DNA of 64,000 nucleotides from Candidatus Binatia bacterium. Its GTDB lineage: Bacteria > Desulfobacterota > Binatia > HRBIN30. The notes under the pieces are model-generated. The model had not been told where the DNA came from, did no database searches, and saw only the letters and a program-made list of their open reading frames with translations. Both the position numbers and the translations under genes were made by a program. Of this stretch, positions 1 to 8,841 are shown in pieces; position 1 is the stretch's first letter, and each line of letters opens with the position of its first letter. Location: assembly GCA_038245295.1 (NCBI GenBank), contig JBBRSP010000002.1:353941-417940 (forward strand), read 5' to 3'.

Positions 1-2
1 TG

Positions 3-278
3 GTGTCGATCTGGGACACCTTGCCGAACGGCCAAGTGAACGACTTCCCCTTCGGTCTCCTATCGACCAATGCGAACTACCGCTTCCGCGGCCGCATCGC
101 GCCGCCAACGGGTGTCGAGCGTCTGCAATTGCGGGCGCGGCGTTATCCGTTCGGTAGTGGGACGGCAACCAACGACTGCAGTTTCCGCGTCGTGTCATCG
201 CTGCCGGCGACACCAACCCGTACGACGACGGCAACCCCCACGGCCACCGCTACCGCGACGGCAACTGCAACACCCTGA
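3..278 (+). CDS. 3' end of a probable secreted protein ending in a Pro/Thr/Ala-rich tail (partial at window edge)
   Basis: Open frame from the window edge ending ...PATPTRTTTATPTATATATATATP*. The same kind of PT linker occurs in the proteins at 10156 and 57819. Confidence 0.6.
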   Translation: MSIWDTLPNGQVNDFPFGLLSTNANYRFRGRIAPPTGVERLQLRARRYPFGSGTATNDCSFRVVSSLPATPTRTTTATPTATATATATATP

Positions 279-295
279 TCGGGCGCGATGGGCCG

Positions 296-318
296 GTAGG
301 CGCAGGCTTTAGCCTGCG
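296..318 (+). repeat. GTAG-type REP palindrome
   Basis: GTAGGCGCAGGCTTTAGCCTGCG: GTAG tetranucleotide followed by a CGCAGGCT/AGCCTGCG hairpin. Near-identical copies occur elsewhere in the window. Confidence 0.8.
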
Positions 319-890
319 GGATGCTGGCCCGCGATTGGAACCAGGCCACGGACCGCGGCAGGGGCCTCGACGGCGGCGACAGCGCCGCCGTCGAACGCCG
401 GAACCTGAAGGGCGGCGTAGACACCGAGACCAATGTCCGCGATCAGACACCCAATCGCGTACCAGTTCGGGATGAACGCCGTGTGGTCGAAGTGCGACAG
501 ATCCCACAGCAGTCCGTGCGCCAGGATGCCGCCGGCCAGATACCACGCGGAACGGCGCATGCCGAGCACGGCCGGGACAACGTACAGGACAATCCCGAAC
601 AGCTCGATCGGCAACCACCCAGGCTGCGGCGCGCGCAGGTAACTCAGCACGTAGACAAACGGCATGGCGCCAAGGAACAGCGCCAGCAGCAGGCGTTCAC
701 TCCAGGATCCGCGCCGGCCACTCAGGCGAATCAGCGTAATCCCAACCACCGTCACCACCACGGCCGCCGAAGCTTGGTATACTGGCTCCACCAGGTGCGC
801 CAGCGACCAATCCGGAACGAGCCACTGCGCGGCGAAAAGCTGTGCGTACAGGAATGTGAAGGCCATCACATCGCGAGTGGTTGTTGTCAT
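309..890 (-). CDS. Multi-pass membrane protein, DUF6010-like
   Basis: Several hydrophobic helices; C-terminal AHGLLWDLSH...P.WY..GC..D pattern. Confidence 0.65.
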   Translation of the reverse strand: MTTTTRDVMAFTFLYAQLFAAQWLVPDWSLAHLVEPVYQASAAVVVTVVGITLIRLSGRRGSWSERLLLALFLGAMPFVYVLSYLRAPQPGWLPIELFGIVLYVVPAVLGMRRSAWYLAGGILAHGLLWDLSHFDHTAFIPNWYAIGCLIADIGLGVYAALQVPAFDGGAVAAVEAPAAVRGLVPIAGQHPAG

Positions 891-978
891 CAGCCAACGT
901 TACCTCATGGGGCGCCGTGTCATGAAGGACGAACACCCGGCAATTCCGGCCACCATGGACGACCCGCGGGTGGTTACG

Positions 979-2355
979 TCACGAGAACCCGTAACGTGTC
1001 ATCTTGTTCAGCAGCCCCTGGCGCGACAAGCCAAGCTCTTCCGCGGCATGGGTGCGATTGCCGTGATGTTTGGCGAGGGCACGCTCGATCTCCTGGCGTT
1101 CGAGGGCTTCGACGCGCTCGGTTAAGGACCGTGGCGCGGCGTCGATGACGGTCGCTGTTGTGCTCGACGTTTTGAAGGACAGGTCGTTGGCCTCGATACA
1201 CTCACGGCTGCCACACAGCACGGAGGCGCGCTGCATCTCGTGTCGCAGCTCGCGCAGATTGCCTGGCCAGGGATGCTCCAACAAGGCGGCTTCCGCTTGC
1301 GGGCTCAGCGTCTTGGGGCGGGTGTTCAGTGTCAGCGCCGCGGCCTGGTTCAAGAAGAACGCCGCCAGGAGCGGAATGTCACTGCGCCGCTCGCGCAAAG
1401 CCGGCAAGGTGATCTCAGCACCGCGGATACGCCAGTAGAGGTCCTCGCGGAACTGCCCCGATCGCTGCAGCGCCGCCAGATCCTGATTGGTCGCCGAGAT
1501 GATTCGTACGTCAACCTTGCGCGGCCGGTCGGCACCGACCGGCATGATCTCGCCCGATTCGAGGGCGCGCAGCAGTTTGACCTGCAACGGTGCGGGCATA
1601 TCGCCGATCTCGTCCAGGAACAGGCTGCCACCGTCGGCCTCCACCATCATGCCGGCGTGATCCTTGATGGCGCCCGTGAACGAGCCGCGGCGATGCCCGA
1701 ACAACGTCGACTCGAACAGGTTCTCCGGGATGGCGCCGCAATTGACCGTCATCAGCGGTGCGGCGTGGCGGGTGCTGCGCTCATGGATGAAGCGCGCCAC
1801 CAGCTCCTTGCCGGTGCCATTCTCGCCGCGAATCAGAATCGGCAGCATCGTCGGCGCAAAGCGCCCGGCCATCTCGAGGGCGGCGCGAAACGGTGCACTA
1901 TCGCCGATCAGGCTGTCGCGCGGTCGCGCTTGGGCCAACGACTGGCGCAAGTCAACGAGCTCGCGTTCGAGCTCGAAGCGTTGCATGGCGCGCCGCACCA
2001 CCGTCAGCAACACATCCGGATCGGCCGGCTTGGTGATGAAGTCGTAGGCGCCGTCGCGCACCGCCTGCAGCATCGTCGGCATGTCGCCTGCTCCGGAGAC
2101 GATGATTACTTTCGCTTCGGGACGCACCGAAAGGACCGCCTTCAGCTGATCCAAGCCGGCCTGTGCGGTCCCGTCGGGAGGCAGCATCAGATCGAGCAGC
2201 ACCACAGCATAGGCTTGCTTCGCGATGGCGGCTCGGCAGCTATCTCGGTCGTCGGCCTGATCAACGATGTAGCCCTGCGTGCGCAGCAAGCCGCGATAGA
2301 CGTCGCGGAAGGCGTCATCGTCATCGACCAGTAGAACCGAAGCGGGCGCGCTCAT
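979..2355 (-). CDS. Sigma54-dependent response regulator (NtrC/AtoC family; REC-AAA+-Fis HTH)
   Basis: Receiver LLVDDD...LLDLMLP; Walker A GENGTGKE; GSFTGA (GAFTGA variant); LFLDEIGD; WPGNLREL; C-terminal GNRTHAAEELGLSR HTH. Confidence 0.95.
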   Translation of the reverse strand: MSAPASVLLVDDDDAFRDVYRGLLRTQGYIVDQADDRDSCRAAIAKQAYAVVLLDLMLPPDGTAQAGLDQLKAVLSVRPEAKVIIVSGAGDMPTMLQAVRDGAYDFITKPADPDVLLTVVRRAMQRFELERELVDLRQSLAQARPRDSLIGDSAPFRAALEMAGRFAPTMLPILIRGENGTGKELVARFIHERSTRHAAPLMTVNCGAIPENLFESTLFGHRRGSFTGAIKDHAGMMVEADGGSLFLDEIGDMPAPLQVKLLRALESGEIMPVGADRPRKVDVRIISATNQDLAALQRSGQFREDLYWRIRGAEITLPALRERRSDIPLLAAFFLNQAAALTLNTRPKTLSPQAEAALLEHPWPGNLRELRHEMQRASVLCGSRECIEANDLSFKTSSTTATVIDAAPRSLTERVEALERQEIERALAKHHGNRTHAAEELGLSRQGLLNKMTRYGFS

Positions 2356-2373
2356 CCCTGTGCCTTCTCAAAT

Positions 2374-3972
2374 TCACGCCGCCGGCACAATGCGCTGAAC
2401 CATCGGCAGGTGTACCTCGAACGACGCGCCGCCGAGCTCGGATCCGGGGGCGACGCGGAGAGAGCCCTGATGGCGTTCGACGATTCCCTTGGCGATCGCC
2501 AGACCAAGACCGGTGCCGGTGTGTTTGCCCTGGCGTTTGCGACCGCTGACGAACGGTTCGAAGAGTCGCCCCCGCAGAGCCTCGGGAATCCCCGTGCCGT
2601 TATCGTCAACGCCAATGCAAATCTCGCCGTCCTGCTTTGCTGCGCGAACGCGACAAACGCGCCGCGGCTGTGCCTCGAGCGTATGCACGGCGTTGGCGAG
2701 TAGAATGATCATCACTTGCATGATCTGTCCCTGGTCGGCCTCGATTATCAAATTCGGCAAACGATCGAGGCCATCCCAAGTGATGCTCGCGGCGTCAGGC
2801 TCTCCCTGTATGACCGTCGAATGCGCCAAGCGAATGGTGTTGGCGACGTCGATGAGGCGTAGCTCGAGCGGCCGCGGCCGTCCGTATTGCAGCAGGTCAT
2901 CGACGAACGTGCTGGCGCGCTCGACCTGGTTGCGCACGGCATTCAGAACCTCGGCCTGCGGGGCGCCCGATTCGAGCAGCCGCAGGTTGGCGGCAATGAC
3001 GCCGAGCGGATTACGGATCTCGTGCGCCACGGCCGAGACGAACGTACCGATCTCGGCGAGGCGCTCGGCCTGGTCGGCGCGTTGTTCTTGTTGCGCCAGT
3101 TGCTCGGCGAGCTCGTGTGAACCGACGTGGCGTCGCAGCAGGCGGCGACCAATCAACTGCTGCACGTGCTGGCGCGCCGGCTCGAAGGCCAGTGCCGCCA
3201 TGCACAGGAGAAAGAACGCACCGAAGCGATACTGCCGCAGGAGCGGCTCGGCGGACTGATTCATCAGTGTCATGGCACCGAACAGGAAGCCGGCCCACAG
3301 AAATGCGGTCATCGCCGCGTAGAGGAGGCTGCGGTCGAGCAGCTGACGGCCCGCTGCCTGCTGTGCCTGCCGCAAGAGGCTGGTGAGCAGCAACAACGAC
3401 GCGAGCACCAGCAGCATCGGATAGGGGACAATCATGCCGTGTGTCAGCGTGAACGAATTCAACATGGCACCGAACGACCCGAGGGCTCCGGAGAACGCCA
3501 AGGTACGCAGCTGGCGGCGTGTCGGCGCATCGGCAGACGGGTAGGCGCGGGCGATCTGCAACAACGGGATAGCCGCTGCCGCGACGGAGAGCAGGTTGAC
3601 CGGCCAGTAGGCTGGGCCCGGCTCGAGTGTGGTCGGCGCGTAGAGCAGCCCCGGCCAAAAGACGCCGAGCAACGTGATGGCCGCGGCGACGGCGTAGACG
3701 AACCAGACGAAGGCGTAGTTACGCTGGCGCGTGAAATCGTACGCCGTATGAATGAAGGCGGCGGCGACAAAGGCGCCGACCTGCGCCAGGCGGCGACCGA
3801 TCTCCGGACCATTGGGGAACGCCAGCGACACCAGCACCGCGGTCCAGAGGGCGACGGCGCCGCAGTAACACGTCAGACCGCGTAGCGAACGCCCATACAG
3901 CAACAGCGACAGGAAGAGCAGCAGGGAGACCGACAGGACCGGGATCAGGCTGTAGACGTAGAGAGGGGTCAT
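2374..3972 (-). CDS. Membrane sensor histidine kinase (multi-TM N-terminus, HisKA, HATPase_c)
   Basis: H-box VAHEIRNPL; N-box LLANA; DNGTGIP; GTGLGLAI. Start placed at ATG 3972, where the hydrophobic region begins. Co-oriented with the response regulator. Confidence 0.92.
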   Translation of the reverse strand: MTPLYVYSLIPVLSVSLLLFLSLLLYGRSLRGLTCYCGAVALWTAVLVSLAFPNGPEIGRRLAQVGAFVAAAFIHTAYDFTRQRNYAFVWFVYAVAAAITLLGVFWPGLLYAPTTLEPGPAYWPVNLLSVAAAAIPLLQIARAYPSADAPTRRQLRTLAFSGALGSFGAMLNSFTLTHGMIVPYPMLLVLASLLLLTSLLRQAQQAAGRQLLDRSLLYAAMTAFLWAGFLFGAMTLMNQSAEPLLRQYRFGAFFLLCMAALAFEPARQHVQQLIGRRLLRRHVGSHELAEQLAQQEQRADQAERLAEIGTFVSAVAHEIRNPLGVIAANLRLLESGAPQAEVLNAVRNQVERASTFVDDLLQYGRPRPLELRLIDVANTIRLAHSTVIQGEPDAASITWDGLDRLPNLIIEADQGQIMQVMIILLANAVHTLEAQPRRVCRVRAAKQDGEICIGVDDNGTGIPEALRGRLFEPFVSGRKRQGKHTGTGLGLAIAKGIVERHQGSLRVAPGSELGGASFEVHLPMVQRIVPAA

Positions 3973-4203
3973 CCGAAACCCTTCAAACCACGGATCCTCG
4001 GACGAAGCACGACCGGAACTCCGCCGACGCCAATTCACTCACTCTCCTGGATCTCCAATACGGCCCGCGTGAGGTCCTCGATTTTCATCTTCGGCCTCGC
4101 ACCGGCGCAGGGCGAGCTCCTCGGGCCGTCGTATGGCCAGCCCCACTCCATCCTCCAAAACGCTGAGAGTGCATTGCAGTGCGAAGTCCCCTCACCCCGG
4201 ACC

Positions 4204-4465
4204 CAATGTCATCAAGTTAGCGAGAGGAGTCCGTCGTCCCGGCCTCCGAGTCTGTCGACTTTCTCTGGTTCATCGTTTGAAACAGCGCAAACACCCCGTC
4301 ATACCGGCGAAAGCCGGTATCTCCCCAGCATTCTCGGCCTTCCACTCGAGGAGATCCCGGCTTTCGCCGGGATGACGTTGCCTCATTTCAGTTTACCGAC
4401 AGTCTCCTCCTCCGGTATGATGAGGCTCCGCATTGGCCCTTACCCTCGCTAACTTAACGACATTG
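4204..4465. mobile_element. Non-autonomous MITE-like element, 262 bp, with about 23-bp terminal inverted repeats and a 10-bp target-site duplication
   Basis: Left end CAATGTCATCAAGTTAGCGAGAG; reverse complement of right end CAATGTCGTTAAGTTAGCGAGGG. Flanks ACCCCGGACC (4194-4203) and ACACCGGACC (4466-4475). Interior nearly identical to 41025-41295. Confidence 0.75.
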
Positions 4466-4720
4466 ACACCGGACCCACCCGGACCCTCTCCCGCCCTTGG
4501 CGCTTCCGGTTGACTCGGTAGAGGGAGCTTTGGGCTTTCCGTCACTGCTCGTGAATAGAATGCAGACGGCGTGCCACCGTTCGAACAGTACACGGCGGTA
4601 TCCCGGAGAGGGCCACGCGACGGGCGCGCCGTACACGCTGTGGACAGTCGCCGTGCGCTCAGTGGGCAGCCCGACCATGACCACCGACCCTAAGCGCCGT
4701 TCCCCGCCTCCGGCCGAAGG

Positions 4721-4736
4721 TGGCACATGGCGTGCA
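4721..4736 (+). promoter_or_regulatory. Sigma54 (-24/-12) promoter of pspA-like gene
   Basis: TGGCACATGGCGTGCA with exact GG-N10-GC spacing, about 27 nt before the ATG at 4764. Confidence 0.7.
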
Positions 4737-4763
4737 CTGCTGAGGGCGCAGGAGGAATGAACA

Positions 4764-5462
4764 ATGGCACGATCGACAAGCATAACTCGCCTGGGGGCAC
4801 TGTTGCGTGGTGTCGCTTTTGGAAGGGTGCGTTCGTTGGAGGAGCACAACCCGGCTGCTGTCTACGAGGTGTCGATTCAGCGCAGTCTAGAACAGCACGG
4901 TCGACTGCGCGACGCGGTGGCGCGTCTGTTGTACCTGCAGCGCCGGCTCGACAGTCGGCTCGCCGATCACCGCCTCGACTTGAATATTGTCGACGGTACT
5001 CTGAACCAAGCGGTCGAGCTCAACAATGACGAGACCGCGCTGACGCTGATCGACCAGAAGCAAACGCTGCTCGAAGCCATCGCAGCGGCCGAGGCTCGGC
5101 GCGGCACGTTGGGAGCGCAGATCGACGCGGCGAAGGAAAGTCTCGACAAGCTGACCCAGGCAGTTACGGACCTGCGCCGGGAGCGCACCGAGATGTTGTC
5201 GCAGCGCGCCCATGCGCAGGCACGCGTCGATACCGTCGAGAGCTTGCGCGGCTCGTTAGCCGGTTCTGCGGATGTCCATGAGGCGTTGGAAAATGTGCAC
5301 GAGAAGATTTCGCAGGCCGAGGCGCTGGCCGATTTGAACGAACACAGCGGCGGGCGTGACAAGGGCAACATCCTGGATGAGCGGCGCGCTGGCGCTCGTC
5401 GTGAAGCGAATCTCGAGGCGCTTGCCGCACTGCACGCGGCGCGCGCCAGGTCCGCGGCGTAG
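4764..5462 (+). CDS. pspA: PspA/IM30 family protein
   Basis: 232 aa, helical coiled coil; N-terminal ..LEEHNP.AVYE; C-terminal acidic/helical tail; GGAGG RBS. Confidence 0.8.
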   Translation: MARSTSITRLGALLRGVAFGRVRSLEEHNPAAVYEVSIQRSLEQHGRLRDAVARLLYLQRRLDSRLADHRLDLNIVDGTLNQAVELNNDETALTLIDQKQTLLEAIAAAEARRGTLGAQIDAAKESLDKLTQAVTDLRRERTEMLSQRAHAQARVDTVESLRGSLAGSADVHEALENVHEKISQAEALADLNEHSGGRDKGNILDERRAGARREANLEALAALHAARARSAA

Positions 5463-5637
5463 GGTGACGCGAAGAAGAGCGACAAAGGACTGATGGAATC
5501 CTTACCGGGTTGCGCTTCGCCTTCGGCTCGTTGCGGGTCTCGACCGGTTCGTCAAACCCTTGTTTCTCATCAAGACACGCGCGCGTTTTGCCTCGTGACC
5601 TTGCAACTGGCTTCCGGCTGATATTTGAACGGAGGCG

Positions 5638-6645
5638 TTGGGCGCATCACTCGCATCGTTCCGGCCGGCCTGGTGGTTACCGAGCCGGCATCTGCAATCC
5701 CTGTGGGGGCCGATGCGTCGCCCGCGTCGCCTGGTGGGTTTTGAACGCGAGGTGATTGCGACACCCGACGGCGACGAGGTGGTCTTGGACCATGTGGGCG
5801 GTCAAGCCAATGGGCCGTGCCTACTCGTCCTGCACGGTCTCGAAGGGTCGTCCTTCTCGCCCTACGTGCAAGGCTTTGCGGAGCGCGCTCTGGCCCGCGG
5901 CTGGCACGTCGCCGCGATGAACTATCGCGGCTGTGCCCGCGATCTCGATGACACGGTAACGTTTCTGCCGAATCGCACGGCGCGTCTGTATCACTCGGGT
6001 GCCACCGACGACGTCGATTTGGTGATTCGACATCTGCAGCGCGCCAATCCGGGTGTGCCGCTGTTGGCGGCGGGAGTGTCGCTCGGCGCCAACCTGATCC
6101 TCAAATGGCTCGGCGAAAATCCTCGGCAGACGCTGGTTGGCGCGGCGGCGGCGGTGTGTGCGCCGTACGATTTGCTTGCCGGGGCACGCCACCTCGAATC
6201 ACCGATCGGTCGGCTGTACGTCAGCCACTTCCTCGAAACGCTGACCAAGAAGGTTGCGACGATCAGCCAGCGCCATCCAGAGGTGCGTAACCTCGTCGAC
6301 GTCGAGCGCGCCCTGAAGGCACGCGACTTCTACACGTTCGATGATGCGGCGACGGCGCCGCTCCACGGCTTCGCAGACGCTACCGACTACTACGTGCGCA
6401 GCAGTTCGTTGCGAGTCATCGATCGCATCACGACGCCGACTCTGGCGCTCAGCGCCGTCGATGACCCAGTGGTCCCCGGCTCACAACTCGCCGAGGTACG
6501 GCGTCGCGCCTCGGAGTCGGTTGAGACTGTCTTCACACCACACGGTGGCCACGTCGGTTTCATCGGCGGGCGTCGCCCGGGGCGTCCCGAGTATTGGGGG
6601 GAAGACTTCGTCATCGCCTGGCTGGCGCGACAGCTCGGCGTTTGA
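5638..6645 (+). CDS. YheT-family alpha/beta hydrolase
   Basis: HLQSLW; LHGLEGSS; NYRGC; nucleophile GVSLG; DDPVVP; GGHVGF. GGAGG precedes a TTG start. Confidence 0.9.
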   Translation: MGASLASFRPAWWLPSRHLQSLWGPMRRPRRLVGFEREVIATPDGDEVVLDHVGGQANGPCLLVLHGLEGSSFSPYVQGFAERALARGWHVAAMNYRGCARDLDDTVTFLPNRTARLYHSGATDDVDLVIRHLQRANPGVPLLAAGVSLGANLILKWLGENPRQTLVGAAAAVCAPYDLLAGARHLESPIGRLYVSHFLETLTKKVATISQRHPEVRNLVDVERALKARDFYTFDDAATAPLHGFADATDYYVRSSSLRVIDRITTPTLALSAVDDPVVPGSQLAEVRRRASESVETVFTPHGGHVGFIGGRRPGRPEYWGEDFVIAWLARQLGV

Positions 6646-6792
6646 ACCGGAGAGTGGAGAGTTTCTCAGCAGCTTAGATATGGACGTCTATATGTAAAAG
6701 AAATCTGCACGGTTGAGAGACCATCTTGGGTGATCGGATCCAGATGGCATGTTCGCGAGATTGAGTTCGTGCCGACGCCGTCTCCCGGCTCG

Positions 6793-7797
6793 TCAGAACA
6801 GCCGCAGCTCACCCGCATCAATCCGTTTCAGAAGATCCTCGAGCCGATCGGCCATTGCCTTGATTTCGGCGGTGGTGAGGCCGAATTGGATGTGACCGGG
6901 TGCGAGACGCGTGCCGATTTCCGGATTGAGATTGGTGTCGAGCGGTATGTTGTGAAGGATGCCGGCCTCATCGGCCTGCAGCTCCCCCAGAACGCCGAAT
7001 TCGTTGAGCGACTCCGTGGTGACGCTTCTCAGGCGATCGATCGACTGCTTCGGCACCCCGTCGACGCGCAGTTTGTCGAAGTGCCAGGTGAAGAAGTTGT
7101 ACAAGGTTCCGCCGAAGGCGATGCTGTTGTCGATCGAGAACACACGCGGCTCCGTTTCGTCCTTCGGCATCAGGAAGTTACTGCCGCGGGCGTCGCGGTG
7201 GGCAATCAAATACGCGAGCAGGTTGAGGTTGGCGAAGTGGAACGCGTAACGACTATCTTCGGCGAAGCGTTTCGGGTCGAAGGCGGCGCGCGGCTGGTCG
7301 ACGTTCTCGAGCCAGGCGGCGATGGCTCCGAATACACATTGCGTTCCTTCGATGTTCGGAACAGCCGTTGGGTCGACGATACTATAAGAGTCGAGGCAAA
7401 TACCGCGTGCCGCGACCGGTGGGACGGGAAAGTCGGCGGCATCCAAGAACAATTTCTGTACGGCGTACGCGCCGATTTCACGACGTGGTGAATTGTTCCA
7501 GCCATCACCGCCGGCCGGCGCCGCTTTCCACTTCGCCTCGAGCTTGAATTGATCATCCTGAAAGACCAGCGTCAGCTTCTTTGCCCCCATCACGCCGCCA
7601 CCCGCTCCCTCGGCGGCGGTGATGGCGAACTCGTCATTCCGCAGGCGGTGCAAAAGCGGGATGGGAGGTATCGGTAGAGGGGCCGTCGGATCGGGCTCGG
7701 TCATGCGATCACAACAAACCACGTCCTGGGGCGCAACGCACGGTCTCAAAACAAGTCGCCGCTCAACAGACTTCCGAGCGCCGGGATCGTCAGCCAT
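6793..7797 (-). CDS. Atypical kinase-fold protein (PI3/PI4K-HipA-like); start may be 7704
   Basis: Gly-rich GAGGGVMG, KWK, REIGAY, catalytic-loop-like HRDARGSNFL, metal-binding-like SIDNSIAF. Confidence 0.65.
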   Translation of the reverse strand: MADDPGARKSVERRLVLRPCVAPQDVVCCDRMTEPDPTAPLPIPPIPLLHRLRNDEFAITAAEGAGGGVMGAKKLTLVFQDDQFKLEAKWKAAPAGGDGWNNSPRREIGAYAVQKLFLDAADFPVPPVAARGICLDSYSIVDPTAVPNIEGTQCVFGAIAAWLENVDQPRAAFDPKRFAEDSRYAFHFANLNLLAYLIAHRDARGSNFLMPKDETEPRVFSIDNSIAFGGTLYNFFTWHFDKLRVDGVPKQSIDRLRSVTTESLNEFGVLGELQADEAGILHNIPLDTNLNPEIGTRLAPGHIQFGLTTAEIKAMADRLEDLLKRIDAGELRLF

Positions 7798-7829
7798 CGC
7801 TGGTGTGTTTTCATGATTGCCTCGCTTAG

Positions 7830-7845
7830 CGCACCGGTTGTGCCA
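7830..7845 (-). promoter_or_regulatory. Sigma54-type promoter of the kinase-like gene
   Basis: Minus strand TGGCACAACCGGTGCG; GG-N10-GC spacing. Confidence 0.55.
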
Positions 7846-7971
7846 AGCACACCGCAGGCCGCCGCGGCATCGAACGAAATCACTTTCTGGCCGCTGCGAT
7901 ATGCAATTTCTACAAAATCCTTATCGTGAGTCGACGACGCGCGTTGGCCAGACCAATACGTTCACCCTGGT

Positions 7972-8430
7972 ATGGAAGCTGCACAACCGATCGATGTGCA
8001 CTCAAACCGTATTCGAAATACTCTCATCATCTTAATCGGTGTGCTCTTGCTATTTACTGTGCCGACACAGGCCGCGAGCAAACATCGTGCGCCGACGAAG
8101 AAGAGCAGCAAGATAACCCGCGAGAACCTCGAGGGATCGTTCCGGAAATTCTGCGACGAGTGGATGCAAAAGGTCTGGGCTCGTGCCGAATCCAAGGACT
8201 GGGTGCAACAGGGGGACGACGTCACGCGCACGTACGTCGAGTACAGTCGCGACTATACATGCGAGCTCATGAACGAGAAGCCACCGGTGGGGAAAATCAA
8301 CTATCGGGAAAATTGGTACGAGCAACACGGAAAGACACGCGACGAAGCGGAAGCGAGCGAGCGCACGCCGGTTAAGATTCTTGAGACTGGCGAGTTGTTC
8401 AGCTGGAATCGCGGCAAGTGGGACTTCTGA
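7972..8430 (+). CDS. Hypothetical exported protein
   Basis: Hydrophobic signal ending AxA-like (TQAA); soluble mature part with two Cys; coding-like codon usage. Confidence 0.7.
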   Translation: MEAAQPIDVHSNRIRNTLIILIGVLLLFTVPTQAASKHRAPTKKSSKITRENLEGSFRKFCDEWMQKVWARAESKDWVQQGDDVTRTYVEYSRDYTCELMNEKPPVGKINYRENWYEQHGKTRDEAEASERTPVKILETGELFSWNRGKWDF

Positions 8431-8552
8431 GCCCGCACAAAAACCGCCAAAGATCCTTCTAGCCATGTAAGACTTACCCACGGCGGCTGTAAGCAAAGCC
8501 CTCGGCTCTCTCGATCTCCCCTCTCGCTCTCTCGAATGACCCGGAACTGTCC

Positions 8553-8568
8553 TGGCACCCCTGTTGCT
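8553..8568 (+). promoter_or_regulatory. Sigma54 promoter of the DUF1328-BON genes
   Basis: TGGCACCCCTGTTGCT, near-consensus TGGCAC-N5-TTGCW. Confidence 0.8.
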
Positions 8569-8596
8569 CTTGTGGACGGGAGAAAGGAGCAGCCTG

Positions 8597-8767
8597 ATGT
8601 TGCACTACGCCGTCGTATTTTTCGTAATCGCCCTGGTTGCCGCTGTGCTTGGCTTCCGTGGAGTTGCCGGCATGTCGGCCGAGATCGGTTGGGTATTCGC
8701 TGTTCTCTCGATCGTCATCCTCGTGGTTGCGCTCGTGAGTAACCGCGGGACAACGGTTCTTCCCTAG
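8597..8767 (+). CDS. DUF1328 (YtjA-like) small membrane protein
   Basis: MLHYAVVFFVIALVAAVLGFRGVAG... family pattern; AAGGAG RBS; adjacent to an OsmY-like gene as in E. coli. Confidence 0.9.
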   Translation: MLHYAVVFFVIALVAAVLGFRGVAGMSAEIGWVFAVLSIVILVVALVSNRGTTVLP

Positions 8768-8841
8768 GCCGCTTGCTGCTGCGGTTGAAGCGTCAGCGAG
8801 CTGTGACCCATGCGAGTAAACTTTGGACAAGGAGAAGAACA

